This document shows positions 1 to 10,546 of a stretch of 64,000 bases of DNA, piece by piece. How positions within the stretch are numbered: position 1 is the first letter of the stretch; each line of letters begins with the position of its first letter. The translations under genes were made by a program, and so were the position numbers. The notes beneath the pieces are model-generated. The model had not been told where the DNA came from. It searched no databases and was given only the letters and a program-made list of their open reading frames with translations. The stretch is from a virus, in IMG/VR virus record IMGVR_UViG_3300043438_001827, positions 32,001 to 96,000 of that record; one strand, 5' to 3'.

Positions 1-3000
1 TTTATCGGCAGAATGGTTAATAGGAAATTTGATATAAACAATGAAGCAGTCATGGCTAAGATCATTTCCGCAAAAGAAGGCGAAGAATTTAGCGTACCTG
101 GATTTGGAAGAAGAAAAAAATTAATATTAAGTTCAGAAACATCTGGACAGGTTACTAGACAAACTTTATTAGATGCTAGAACTGGAGAAACTGTAGCATC
201 GCATGCCGATTTGATGGAAGCTTTTACCGCTTTTGCGGATAGTACATTCAATCAAGGAACTCCAAGAAAAGTTGCAGACCTACTCTTAGGTGAAAATACT
301 ATTCTTCCATATGCAGCAAGAGAAGCCGATAGATATGGTGAAAGCTTAATTAGAAATTTCAATACGGTAACTAATACTTCTCACGTTCAAAAAATAGTAG
401 GAGGTTTCGAAGAAAGCATTAACGCACTTCACGAAACAGGTGTCCAGTTAGTTAAACAAGGTAAGGCAGATAAAGCAGAAAAGATTTTTGATCAATATGC
501 AACTTTAAAAAAGGGTCATAATAGATTACTTCGATTTACAGAAATGGATCAAGTCCAACTTTCTGCTGAATCCAGATTATTTGAAAATTCACCAAGTATT
601 TTAACTAATTTAGATGAATTTAAATCAGAAGCAGTAAGATTAGCTATACAGCAAGAAGTTATCTTAGGACAAGAATTTGCTCCTGAGGTAATTAAAAGAA
701 TTTCCAGTGGAATTGATGATCTATATACTCAGGGAATCATAACAGCAGCTCAAAGAGCAGAAGCGCAATCTTCTACAACATCTACTGTATTTAACTTAGC
801 GGCATTTGAAACATACAACTTTGAAAAGGGAACAGATCTTATTGCTGGGATTCAAATTAACCCCGCAGAAAGATTTAGGGAAAGTAAAAGAATTCTTCAA
901 GAGAATCCAGAACTATTGCGTCCTTTTACGGAAGGCTCAATTGCAGAACCAAGGTTATCTAAGCACTCAATTCCTATTCGCAAAGCTGCACCATTCGTAA
1001 AGAAATATTTTTCTCCAAGTAAATATAAATTTACAGATAATGTTTCTCCTATTTCTGGAGATTCAGAATATACGGTCATGCCAACCTTTTCAACGGCATT
1101 AAAAAGAAATCCTAAAGATACTCTATTAAGCGCAAGTGGAATACGAACATATGGAAATGAAGAAGGTTTTTCATCTGGTTCTGTACCAATTTCGCACATG
1201 TCAGAAAGGCTTAATAGATTCTTTGGGACAGTGGGGGCTGGGGTAGATCCAAACGCTTATAGTGGCCCATTATCAATGTATGCAGCTGGTTATATGGGCC
1301 AAAGGGTTCTCCCTGGAATTGCTATAGCAACAACAGCTCTAGCCGTAGACAGAGAGCTTGGTGGTGCTGTTAATGATAGAGATGAAAATGGCAATAAAGT
1401 ATACACACCCTTAGTAACAACTGGAGCAGCAAGAGTAGCAGTAGAAGCAAGAGCTATGATGTCAGCGATTACTCCTGGTGGAATGGATTACGCTCAAAAG
1501 AAAAACCAACTACTAGAAGGCGAAACAGCTGTAAGACAAGGCAGATGGTGGGCCTTAGGTAATACTCAGTTTAAAGGTGGAAAAATCCAATACTTTAGAC
1601 CTTCTTGGTATAGAAGATTAAAATCAGCTGGAAAGTTTACACCAGAGGGTCTTGGGACCCCAATGGAAAACTTATTATACAACCAAGACTATTCTCCACT
1701 TAGACCAATAGATCCATATAGATTTGAACGTGAGCATTATGAGGATAGACCATATCCTTTAACTGGAGAATATTTCACTGGTCCATTTGGTGCTTTAACT
1801 CCAGCATTAAATATGACTGTTGGAAAAATACTTAAACCACAAAAGACAATGCATGAAGAAGAGGTAAATAGAGCCCTTGCCTCATACGAACCTGCTGGAG
1901 AATCAGGTGCATATCTAAGACAACAACGTACCATTTATGAGAAGTCTAACATGGTTCCAAACCCAGGAGTATCTTATCCAGCTGCGCCACCTTCTTCTCT
2001 CCCATTAAAACCAACAAAATTTGTACCAATAAACTCTAGCAGTAATGGGGATGGTTCTATTGCTGCAGCCAATCAAAGATATTCTAACGCAGCAGGGCCT
2101 ACTGGAAGTGCAGCTCAAAGTGTAATAAAACAAATATCTTCTGCTAACAATTCACTATCAACAGGATATGGTTCTGATACTAAATCTAAAAAAATAAAAA
2201 GAACTAATAGAACAAGAGGCGAAAGTGTAGCTCAAGAAGTTACTTATGGTCCACCATCAGGTCCAAAAATGATGCCTGAAAAAATTGTTTCAGCAGGAGC
2301 TCCTATAAGAACTGGATCTAATGAATATCAAGCTGGAGACTTAGGTTATAAATTACAAGAAACAGCTGGTATATATGGTTTTGGCTTTGGTCAAATTAGA
2401 CAAAAATTAGGATTAGGGAAACAAGACTTAAGTCCAGATAGAGCAGTTTTGCAATCCGCTGACAAAGCGTATGGATCAACAAGAGCATTTTGGGACTTGA
2501 ATCTTGGTGGAATGGGTGACATACCTCTTCCGTCTCAAGGCCCCTTGGGAAATATAGAATTATCAGAAATAGTAAGAAGACTTGTTCCTAGGGAAAGAAC
2601 TGATGTTAGTTACCTAAACCCTATTAAAAATACAATGGGTAAAAAATATCCTTTCCTACCAGGAAGCGATAACTTCATAGATTTTACAACGGGAGATCCT
2701 TATACGAAAGTAGCAGAAGGAGAAATACGTTTACCTGGTATAGGGTATGAAAGATTCAATAAAATTTATCCAGGTAAAAATGGTAAATATGGAGCTGTCA
2801 ATCAGTTAGATATATTAGCAGACGTTGCTCCGTTTTCTAGAGAGTTTAAGCAATTAGATAGAAGAGTAGATAAGATGGATCTTTCCGAAGAGGAAAGACA
2901 AAAAGTATCACAAATCAGGGCTCAAAAGAAAGCAATTCAAGAATCTAAAGTTCAATTTGTTTCCTATAACCAAACTAAAGGTACAATTTCTAACGCAATC

Positions 3001-4023
3001 AAAAATCCTTTTTCTACAGCAAAAGAAGCTTTTTTACATACAGACAACTTTATCAATAATAAGTTCACAGGTGAACAAAATGCAACAGAAAATTGGGAAA
3101 GAAAAAATGTATATGGTGCAACATTCCCAGAGTGGCAAAGACCAGTAGAAAGCTTTATTAAACCAATTTATTACAAAGGTACTCAAAGAAATCCTTTATT
3201 AGCTGGCGCAATTGGTGCAACAGTAGGCGCAAGTATCCTTGGTGGATCACGAAAGGGTAGAATTATTGGTGGCACCATCGGTGCATTAACGGTAGGTGGT
3301 TATTCAGCTGCCCATAAAATATCCAGTGCAGTTACTGGAAAAAGATTTATTCCACTTGAAAGAAAAAAAGAACTAGCATTAGAAGAATATTCAGATATAT
3401 TAAATTACACCAAATACACTACAGCCGCAGCTAGAGCAAGACTAAATGGTGATGAACAAACCGCTAAAGAATATATGGCAGCATCTAGAAAGACAATGTA
3501 TGGTACTAACTTGGATACTCCTTCAATAGATGTTTTAGCCGCAGGTATTCCTAAGAGGAAAAAAGATTATTTTAAAGAGATGATTACTGCTCCAGAACAT
3601 GAAAGAAAAAATATATTATCAACAGCAGGTCGATTAGAAAGAAGAATCTATGAAGCTGCATGGGGAATGCCAGTAGAAAAAAAACCAGACTTAGTAGACT
3701 ATTTCCAAACGCATGAACTTCCTGGCCCGAATTGGGAAGGATGGCACCCAAATACAAATATGGAACATGTTAAAATTAAAACTGGACAATCTATGGGTCT
3801 GGAAATGTCTCAAATGGGTTACTATCCACAACAGATAAAAGAAGCTAATTTAACAAATCCAAGTTATCCAGAATTTGGCAGTGGAAAAAAAATTAACTCC
3901 GCTAAGGAAGTAAGGCAAAAGTTACAAGCCTTAATGAATGACAATGGAATTAACGGAAGAATGATTCCCGTTAAAAGATACAATAATGATAATAGAGTTA
4001 ACGTTTCAGCAGGGATTAGGTAA
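1..4023 (+). CDS. Giant virion-associated protein, 5'-truncated (over 1340 aa); possibly tape-measure-like
   Basis: The frame is open from base 1 (TTT ATC GGC AGA ATG), so the gene probably starts upstream of the window. It has Gly/Ala-rich hydrophobic stretches (LLAGAIGATVGASILGG) and sits among giant structural genes. Function is inferred from context only. Confidence 0.5.
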   Translation, partial: FIGRMVNRKFDINNEAVMAKIISAKEGEEFSVPGFGRRKKLILSSETSGQVTRQTLLDARTGETVASHADLMEAFTAFADSTFNQGTPRKVADLLLGENTILPYAAREADRYGESLIRNFNTVTNTSHVQKIVGGFEESINALHETGVQLVKQGKADKAEKIFDQYATLKKGHNRLLRFTEMDQVQLSAESRLFENSPSILTNLDEFKSEAVRLAIQQEVILGQEFAPEVIKRISSGIDDLYTQGIITAAQRAEAQSSTTSTVFNLAAFETYNFEKGTDLIAGIQINPAERFRESKRILQENPELLRPFTEGSIAEPRLSKHSIPIRKAAPFVKKYFSPSKYKFTDNVSPISGDSEYTVMPTFSTALKRNPKDTLLSASGIRTYGNEEGFSSGSVPISHMSERLNRFFGTVGAGVDPNAYSGPLSMYAAGYMGQRVLPGIAIATTALAVDRELGGAVNDRDENGNKVYTPLVTTGAARVAVEARAMMSAITPGGMDYAQKKNQLLEGETAVRQGRWWALGNTQFKGGKIQYFRPSWYRRLKSAGKFTPEGLGTPMENLLYNQDYSPLRPIDPYRFEREHYEDRPYPLTGEYFTGPFGALTPALNMTVGKILKPQKTMHEEEVNRALASYEPAGESGAYLRQQRTIYEKSNMVPNPGVSYPAAPPSSLPLKPTKFVPINSSSNGDGSIAAANQRYSNAAGPTGSAAQSVIKQISSANNSLSTGYGSDTKSKKIKRTNRTRGESVAQEVTYGPPSGPKMMPEKIVSAGAPIRTGSNEYQAGDLGYKLQETAGIYGFGFGQIRQKLGLGKQDLSPDRAVLQSADKAYGSTRAFWDLNLGGMGDIPLPSQGPLGNIELSEIVRRLVPRERTDVSYLNPIKNTMGKKYPFLPGSDNFIDFTTGDPYTKVAEGEIRLPGIGYERFNKIYPGKNGKYGAVNQLDILADVAPFSREFKQLDRRVDKMDLSEEERQKVSQIRAQKKAIQESKVQFVSYNQTKGTISNAIKNPFSTAKEAFLHTDNFINNKFTGEQNATENWERKNVYGATFPEWQRPVESFIKPIYYKGTQRNPLLAGAIGATVGASILGGSRKGRIIGGTIGALTVGGYSAAHKISSAVTGKRFIPLERKKELALEEYSDILNYTKYTTAAARARLNGDEQTAKEYMAASRKTMYGTNLDTPSIDVLAAGIPKRKKDYFKEMITAPEHERKNILSTAGRLERRIYEAAWGMPVEKKPDLVDYFQTHELPGPNWEGWHPNTNMEHVKIKTGQSMGLEMSQMGYYPQQIKEANLTNPSYPEFGSGKKINSAKEVRQKLQALMNDNGINGRMIPVKRYNNDNRVNVSAGIR

Positions 4024-4028
4024 TACTT

Positions 4029-7000
4029 ATGTATAAGGGCGAATTTTTTCAAAATGGTATTCTTTCTGAAATTATTCTTCAAGACGGTACACCTGCAATA
4101 AGATCTAATGTTACTGGTAAAGTATATGCAGTTGACAAACTGCGAACAGCTGTTAGAGAAGCAGCAGAACTCGGAGTCGCTGAAGCACATGTTTTAACTG
4201 GAAGCTCCTTAGACCCATACAGCTTGCATCACGTAAGTCAAACTGAGCAATTAAATACAATTCTAGCTAGAGCGAAAACAGAGCCTGTAGTACAAGAATT
4301 TTTAGAAAAAAGAGGTTTGGGGCACTTATCTGGAAAGACTATTTCAATTCAAAGGTTGGGATATTCCAACCCATATAACATCAAAAAAGGTAAGGAACAC
4401 GGTTTTTCATTAGCCTTTGAAGACTTACACCTACAAGAAGAACCTGAAGTTATTGTTGGCGGACAAAGAGTCAAACTAGCTAGTTTAACTGCAGCTGAAA
4501 GAGCAAGTCCAGAATATAGCACAATAGGTCATGCTACGGTTAGGCAAGGTACTGGAACAGTTTTAAGGTATCAAGTTCAAGGCGATGAAGAAGGAGTCTT
4601 CTATCTCACTTCACGTCAAGCAGAGGAATTAAGAGTTGGTTTAGGTGGAGGAGCTATAGATAAAAATAAATTAGTTAAATCTATTGGACAAGGATTAGTA
4701 GACCCAGATACTGGAGGAATAAGTTCATCTTATGCTCCTGAAGAAGAAATTGCTGGTCTTCTTCAAAAAATAAATAAAAGAATGCAATTGTCAAAAAGAG
4801 AATTTTCAGCCGATCCAAAAGAGATTAGCAATTTAGTTAATGATATGGTTAGTCTAATGCAAGAAGGACCATATGCTCACTTGTTAAAAGATGAAAAAAT
4901 GGTTCCTAAATCTCTAAGAGATATATCTTTATTCTTTAATGATACTGAAGCTAGATTGCTAGAGTCTATTAAAATGGAAGATGGAGCTTCTTTATTAAAA
5001 CATTTAGGTAGAGAAATAATTGCCGCTGATCCGAGCAAGGAAAGGGAAAGACGAGCTATAGAAATAATGGTTACAAGAGCTGGTCAGGCAGAATCTGATT
5101 TCAATGCAGAAACGTTTAGAGGTATATTCGAAATGAATGGTCTGCAACCAGAAAAATATGGAGAATTTAACAACCTAGTAAAGAGTTATTATACTGGCTT
5201 AGAAGATAAAACGCAATTTAATTTAGATGATCTTTTTGCACATATTTCTTCTGCGGAATCAACTTTATCCGATGGGGAAAAAAACATAATACAACACGCA
5301 GTTGAAAACTATAAGAGAGTTGGTGATGGATCTCAAGTTACTGACGAATATGTAATAAGAAATCTAGGTCGTCAAAAGTTAAAAGATGTAGCAAATAAAA
5401 AAGAATATGTAAGAAATGCAGCCGAAAGCGTTCTTGGTGAAGATTTGAGCGAAGTTAATGATATCTTTGAACACTTAAGTAATGTAGGAGATAGTTCAAC
5501 TTTACAATTAATTAATGAAAAATTAGCAGAAAGCATGGGTATAGAAGGCGCTACCGTTGAAGCAGTAAGGGAAAATATAAGTCTTATAGAAAAATCTGTT
5601 GAAAGAGTTTTGGGTCAAGATCTAGAAGCAAAATTACTACAAGACGTTACTTCAACTAGATTTGGGTTGGGAGAGGCGACCGCTAAGTCTGTTTCTGATA
5701 TAGGAACAGCATTAACAGAGTTGGGCTATGGAGCAGTCGGATCCGAAGAATTGGTAAAAAAAGAAACAAATTTTGGTAGTTTTAGACTTCCAGGAGAAGC
5801 TAGATCTGGTGAATATATAGTGATGGATCCTGGTGGTGGTTTTGGTGGAACAGAACGAGTTGCCGCAGAAATGCAAGCTAATATATTTCACAGTCCTGTA
5901 TATAATAACCCAGAGTTAGTAAAACAAGTGAAAGAAAATTTTGGTGTAGCTAGGGCACAAATTGAAGAGATGAAGAGAACTGGTGAAATTCCAGAAAAAA
6001 TTATGGCTTCGCTAGAAAGAACTGCCAACATAGATGTATCAAGATGGGACGAATTATTTTTTGCCGACAGCTTTTCTGCGCAAAGAAATAAAGCGCAAGC
6101 TCAAGAAATCGTAGCACATCTTAGAAGTGGAGGAAAAGTAAATGATATTCCAGGACAATTAAATGATATAGTTAGAGCCTATGCTAGAGAAGCACAAACG
6201 TCAGCTAGAAAATCATATAAGAACTCAAAGGGTGAAACTATAGAAATACAGAACCCAAACCTAGCAACTACTCAAAGACATTCTGTAGATGCAGAGGGAT
6301 CTATGGCAATGAGAAAGCCAGTAAGACCAGAAGCAAATGCAACAGAATTAAATCCAGTACCAAGATTAGTTGGAAAGAATTCCTATAAAGATGTTACAAC
6401 AAATATAGGGGACAATCAAAGTACAGTTCATAGACTACTAAAATATAGACATGACGGACATAAGTTTGTTATTCCTGACATAGCAGGATCGCAATGGATG
6501 TATGCAGCTGGTGGTGGATTTGACATGGACGACAAATTTATTACAGACTTGCATTTTCTAAACGCACAGTCTTTAGATGAAAGTGGCAACGTAGTAGGTA
6601 AAAGACAATTAATTTCTTTTGACTTTAGACAGCCAACTGGTCCACAAGAATTTGCTTTAATGACACCACAATTAGATGACTTAACACTACAAAGAATGTT
6701 TGGTAGTAAAGATAAATTAGGAATGGGCTTTAGGGAAGCTCTTGACGAATTTGCTGAAGAAGTATCTACAAAACATAATATTAGATATACTACTTCAACA
6801 AGAAACGCACTGCCAGAAATGTTGGCTTCTTCTAGCATGAGTCAAGAAGAGAGAGGTGTCTTATATCTACAAGCAATCGCTGCTGATAACATGGAATTAG
6901 CAGCTCTGTATAGAGGGGCTAATACGGAAGGATACCTTGCTGATGAGGTAGTGGGCGATGCAATATTTTCCCTAATGGACAGAGAGGCTACGAGATCGTC

Positions 7001-10000
7001 AAGTGGTGTTGGAGCTTCAAGATTCCGCGTTCATGAAATAAATGATACATTAGTTGACAAACTGGTCACCATAAATCAAGAAGGCAATACCGTACTCAAG
7101 GGATCAACAATACTGCAACTTACTCCAGAAGAAATAGCAATGAATCCTGCTTTAGTAGAAAGTTACAGAAAAGATCTTAGAATTCAAATTCAAAATATAG
7201 GGCTTTCTGCTTCCGAAGATACTGTCTTTAATAAGAATATTAAAGATTTAATAAATGCAAATCCTAGAGATTTTGGTGGAAAAAATTATGACCAAATGCT
7301 ACAAGCAGCAAGAGGATTAACTCCAGAATTAAGTGAAAATCAATTTATTTACGCCACTGCACACGAAATACTAGGTCAAGATAATTTTTTGGCAGAAAAA
7401 GTATTAAGTGAATTTGGTTTAATGAAACAAAGAATAGAAATTAACACAACAGCAGTTCCAGGTGGAAAAATAGGTAGTTACATTGATGCTTTAGGTTTTG
7501 TCGATTCTCAAGTCAATCAAATGAGGGATATAATTACTAGACTAGAAGAATCTGGACCTCAAGGTTCTGAACTAGCGAAGTTGCTAAAGATGCCGTATCC
7601 AATCTATAATCCGGAAACTGCATTGGATACTGGTACAGGTGGCGCAGGAAAACTAGTCCTAAAGTATACAAATATAGCTGAAGATTTACAAAGCGCAATG
7701 CAAATTTTTAATCCTGAAGAACCCGTTGACCCCCAATCCGTTTACAAGATGTTGTATAGTTTGACCGATAGATATAAGCAAGACCTAGACCATACAGACA
7801 GCATCGGTGCTTTTACTGGTCTAGACGATTTTGTTCGAAGATTAACATCTAGCGATCAAGCAACCGCAAAAGCCGCCCAAGAACTGATTAATATTGAGCT
7901 AAAGAATGTAGAAGAGGCAATGGTTTTAAACTCCGGACTTGCTTTTGGTAAGGCTCGAGCTCTTTACTATCATGGATTCTTGGGTGAAGAAGAAGTTTTA
8001 GAAATGGGATTAGACGAAATTGCTACAAGAATTAAAGGTTCTAATACTGAAAACTTTTCTTTATTCTTGCAGGGTGTGATTAACGGTGCAAAAGAAGCAA
8101 AATATAGAATTAATGAACTTGGCATTGAAGCACTTAATCCTGCTGGTGAGGAAACTGCAGATAAATTTACTGCTTTTATAAACTCAATTATAGAAGAATC
8201 GCAACAAGGGGCAAAACTAAAGGGCTTTAAAAAAGAAAAAGCAATGGAAGACGCTTTTAACAAAGTCTTAGAAGACGCAGAGTTTGGTTTAGTGCACACC
8301 GACGCTGCTGCAGAAAGATATAGTGTTAGCACTCTTATGAGGGCAACTGAAGAATTTAATGATTTTATTACACAAACAGTTAACTCTGTAAAACCAGGTT
8401 CTGGTCTTTATAACAGACTATTGGGTCAAAGTGAATACGCAGCTTACGATATAAACGTAAATCCCTTAATGCCAGACATAGAACAAGCATTAAAATCTTT
8501 AAATATAAACGGTAATGATTACGACTTAGGTACAGCTAACTCAAAAATGAATAGAGCATTAAATGAACTAGCCGAAATGAAACGTAGAGGATATGCAGAT
8601 CCTAAACGAATTAATAAAATTCTAGAAGAAGCTGAAATAAATGTTGCAACACAAGAATTAGCTGGTATACACTCAAGCTCGATGAAATTAGCCTTTGCTC
8701 AAGACGCAATTGCTCAAAGAAGAGAAGAGCTACAAACCGCAGCTAGAGAAGTAGTCCATGGAAGTATTTTTGATTTTGTTAACAAAGCAGATAATCCTGG
8801 TAACATAACAAGTGCAATGGAATCGTATTTCTTAAGGGTAATGCAACTTCAAACATCTGCAAGTAAAGATGATCAAAAATTAGGTCAAGTTCTTGACGGC
8901 TTGCTTGTATATGGCCAAGATTTTTTTGGTCAAGGTGATAGATTAGCTTTAGATGAAATGTACATTCACGCAAGAAATCAACTAACCTTTAATGCAACAG
9001 CAGGTGTAGCAGAACAAGAAGGAAGAATTAGTAATTTTATATCAATGTTTGATCATGAAGGTGAAACGCTAACAGAAAAACTTAGAAATATATTTAGTCT
9101 TCATGGTGAAGCAGATTTACTAGAAAGAGACCCATACAAGAGAACATATAGGGAAGACTATTTAGATTCAGACTTTGGTGAATATTCAGGAGAAGCTCTT
9201 CCAGAAATAAGATCAAGAGCTACTGGAGAAACAATTCCTGAATTTTTAGGAGAAGATAGTGAAAGAATGTTTGAAGACTTTGTCCAACTTCACATTTCTG
9301 GCGATCAAGAAAATACAGCAAAATTAATTATGCGAAAACGTTTTGCTGACGATCCAGAAGCAGCAAAGGCTTACATAGACGAACTAAAAATGATAGGCAT
9401 GAGATACGAAAGCAAGTCCGCAGAAATATCTCCTAAAGTAGCAGAAATGCTTGAACAGTTCATGCCAGATATTGACATGACAATGCCAATGACAACTTCA
9501 GATATATTGGAAACTTTTGACCGTTCTATTGGTACTCTTGCAGAAGATGAAGCCGCTGCCGTTCGTTCTGCTTTACGAGAAGGAGCAGAAACTGCCGGTG
9601 GAGCAACAGGTGGAGACATACCCTTTAAGGGCATTGGGGAAATGATAAGTGACCATTTTCCTAGAATTGGCAGAATAGGGAATAGAATAGGCGAACACAA
9701 GTTCGCTATAGCAGGAACTGTAGCTGCCGCAACGGCAGGAGCTGTTGTCTACCATAAGATGAGAAATAGGGATCATACTCCCGACGCTGTTACTGGACCT
9801 CCTCTTTTGCCCGGTGGAAACCCATACGACAGAAGGGATACTACAACCGTTCAATATCCAGACTTTTCATCATTTCAAAATGACGATGATGGGGATTCTT
9901 ATGACATAAGGGTTTCTGGAACTGATGCACAAATGAAAAAATTTATAAATCAAGCATCAATCATAACAGATTCAAATACAAACAGTACTATATATCGAGG

Positions 10001-10052
10001 TATCCCTAACTTAAGCAGTGATCCATTTGACGACATTGCAGGTTCTTATTAG
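4029..10052 (+). CDS. Giant acidic protein (2007 aa), probably virion-associated
   Basis: Uninterrupted ORF starting 5 nt after the upstream stop, with a hydrophobic segment near the C-terminus (FAIAGTVAAATAGAVVY). It contains GGFDMDDK and FRQPT motifs (see findings). Confidence 0.55.
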   Translation: MYKGEFFQNGILSEIILQDGTPAIRSNVTGKVYAVDKLRTAVREAAELGVAEAHVLTGSSLDPYSLHHVSQTEQLNTILARAKTEPVVQEFLEKRGLGHLSGKTISIQRLGYSNPYNIKKGKEHGFSLAFEDLHLQEEPEVIVGGQRVKLASLTAAERASPEYSTIGHATVRQGTGTVLRYQVQGDEEGVFYLTSRQAEELRVGLGGGAIDKNKLVKSIGQGLVDPDTGGISSSYAPEEEIAGLLQKINKRMQLSKREFSADPKEISNLVNDMVSLMQEGPYAHLLKDEKMVPKSLRDISLFFNDTEARLLESIKMEDGASLLKHLGREIIAADPSKERERRAIEIMVTRAGQAESDFNAETFRGIFEMNGLQPEKYGEFNNLVKSYYTGLEDKTQFNLDDLFAHISSAESTLSDGEKNIIQHAVENYKRVGDGSQVTDEYVIRNLGRQKLKDVANKKEYVRNAAESVLGEDLSEVNDIFEHLSNVGDSSTLQLINEKLAESMGIEGATVEAVRENISLIEKSVERVLGQDLEAKLLQDVTSTRFGLGEATAKSVSDIGTALTELGYGAVGSEELVKKETNFGSFRLPGEARSGEYIVMDPGGGFGGTERVAAEMQANIFHSPVYNNPELVKQVKENFGVARAQIEEMKRTGEIPEKIMASLERTANIDVSRWDELFFADSFSAQRNKAQAQEIVAHLRSGGKVNDIPGQLNDIVRAYAREAQTSARKSYKNSKGETIEIQNPNLATTQRHSVDAEGSMAMRKPVRPEANATELNPVPRLVGKNSYKDVTTNIGDNQSTVHRLLKYRHDGHKFVIPDIAGSQWMYAAGGGFDMDDKFITDLHFLNAQSLDESGNVVGKRQLISFDFRQPTGPQEFALMTPQLDDLTLQRMFGSKDKLGMGFREALDEFAEEVSTKHNIRYTTSTRNALPEMLASSSMSQEERGVLYLQAIAADNMELAALYRGANTEGYLADEVVGDAIFSLMDREATRSSSGVGASRFRVHEINDTLVDKLVTINQEGNTVLKGSTILQLTPEEIAMNPALVESYRKDLRIQIQNIGLSASEDTVFNKNIKDLINANPRDFGGKNYDQMLQAARGLTPELSENQFIYATAHEILGQDNFLAEKVLSEFGLMKQRIEINTTAVPGGKIGSYIDALGFVDSQVNQMRDIITRLEESGPQGSELAKLLKMPYPIYNPETALDTGTGGAGKLVLKYTNIAEDLQSAMQIFNPEEPVDPQSVYKMLYSLTDRYKQDLDHTDSIGAFTGLDDFVRRLTSSDQATAKAAQELINIELKNVEEAMVLNSGLAFGKARALYYHGFLGEEEVLEMGLDEIATRIKGSNTENFSLFLQGVINGAKEAKYRINELGIEALNPAGEETADKFTAFINSIIEESQQGAKLKGFKKEKAMEDAFNKVLEDAEFGLVHTDAAAERYSVSTLMRATEEFNDFITQTVNSVKPGSGLYNRLLGQSEYAAYDINVNPLMPDIEQALKSLNINGNDYDLGTANSKMNRALNELAEMKRRGYADPKRINKILEEAEINVATQELAGIHSSSMKLAFAQDAIAQRREELQTAAREVVHGSIFDFVNKADNPGNITSAMESYFLRVMQLQTSASKDDQKLGQVLDGLLVYGQDFFGQGDRLALDEMYIHARNQLTFNATAGVAEQEGRISNFISMFDHEGETLTEKLRNIFSLHGEADLLERDPYKRTYREDYLDSDFGEYSGEALPEIRSRATGETIPEFLGEDSERMFEDFVQLHISGDQENTAKLIMRKRFADDPEAAKAYIDELKMIGMRYESKSAEISPKVAEMLEQFMPDIDMTMPMTTSDILETFDRSIGTLAEDEAAAVRSALREGAETAGGATGGDIPFKGIGEMISDHFPRIGRIGNRIGEHKFAIAGTVAAATAGAVVYHKMRNRDHTPDAVTGPPLLPGGNPYDRRDTTTVQYPDFSSFQNDDDGDSYDIRVSGTDAQMKKFINQASIITDSNTNSTIYRGIPNLSSDPFDDIAGSY

Positions 10053-10062
10053 GAAATAGGTC

Positions 10063-10536
10063 ATGGAAAGAAATCTTAGCGATTCAAATGCCCGTCTAAA
10101 AAACGCTGCTAAAAACAACCCAAATTCAGCCCCTAAAGTCCAACAAGCTAGACAAACAGCAGAAACTGTTAAAGCTAACAATTCAAAGGAACCATATAGT
10201 GGAAACTCTGAAGATAGACTTACTGATAAAAAAGCTAAAGAAGCTACAACATCTTCAAGAGGACCATCTAGACCGTCTTACGAGGGTTATAGTGGTTCTT
10301 CTAGTGCTCATATCCAATTTAATAAAACAGGATATGATGCCCCAAAACACCAACAAGCTAGAAATAAAACATTATCTGGAGAAGGAAATCCTAATATTTC
10401 ATTAGCTTCTTTCAATAAAGGGACCCATTCATTTAACAAAAATGGTATAATTAACAATCACGCTAGAATATCTATGGGGGAAACTTCTAGAACTAGCATA
10501 GATAAAATTTTAAAAATTAATAATTATTTTAATTAA
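10063..10536 (+). CDS. Hypothetical basic, low-complexity protein (157 aa)
   Basis: ATG preceded by AGGAAATAGG; the ORF fills the gap between flanking genes. Confidence 0.7.
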   Translation: MERNLSDSNARLKNAAKNNPNSAPKVQQARQTAETVKANNSKEPYSGNSEDRLTDKKAKEATTSSRGPSRPSYEGYSGSSSAHIQFNKTGYDAPKHQQARNKTLSGEGNPNISLASFNKGTHSFNKNGIINNHARISMGETSRTSIDKILKINNYFN

Positions 10537-10546
10537 GCGGTAAACT

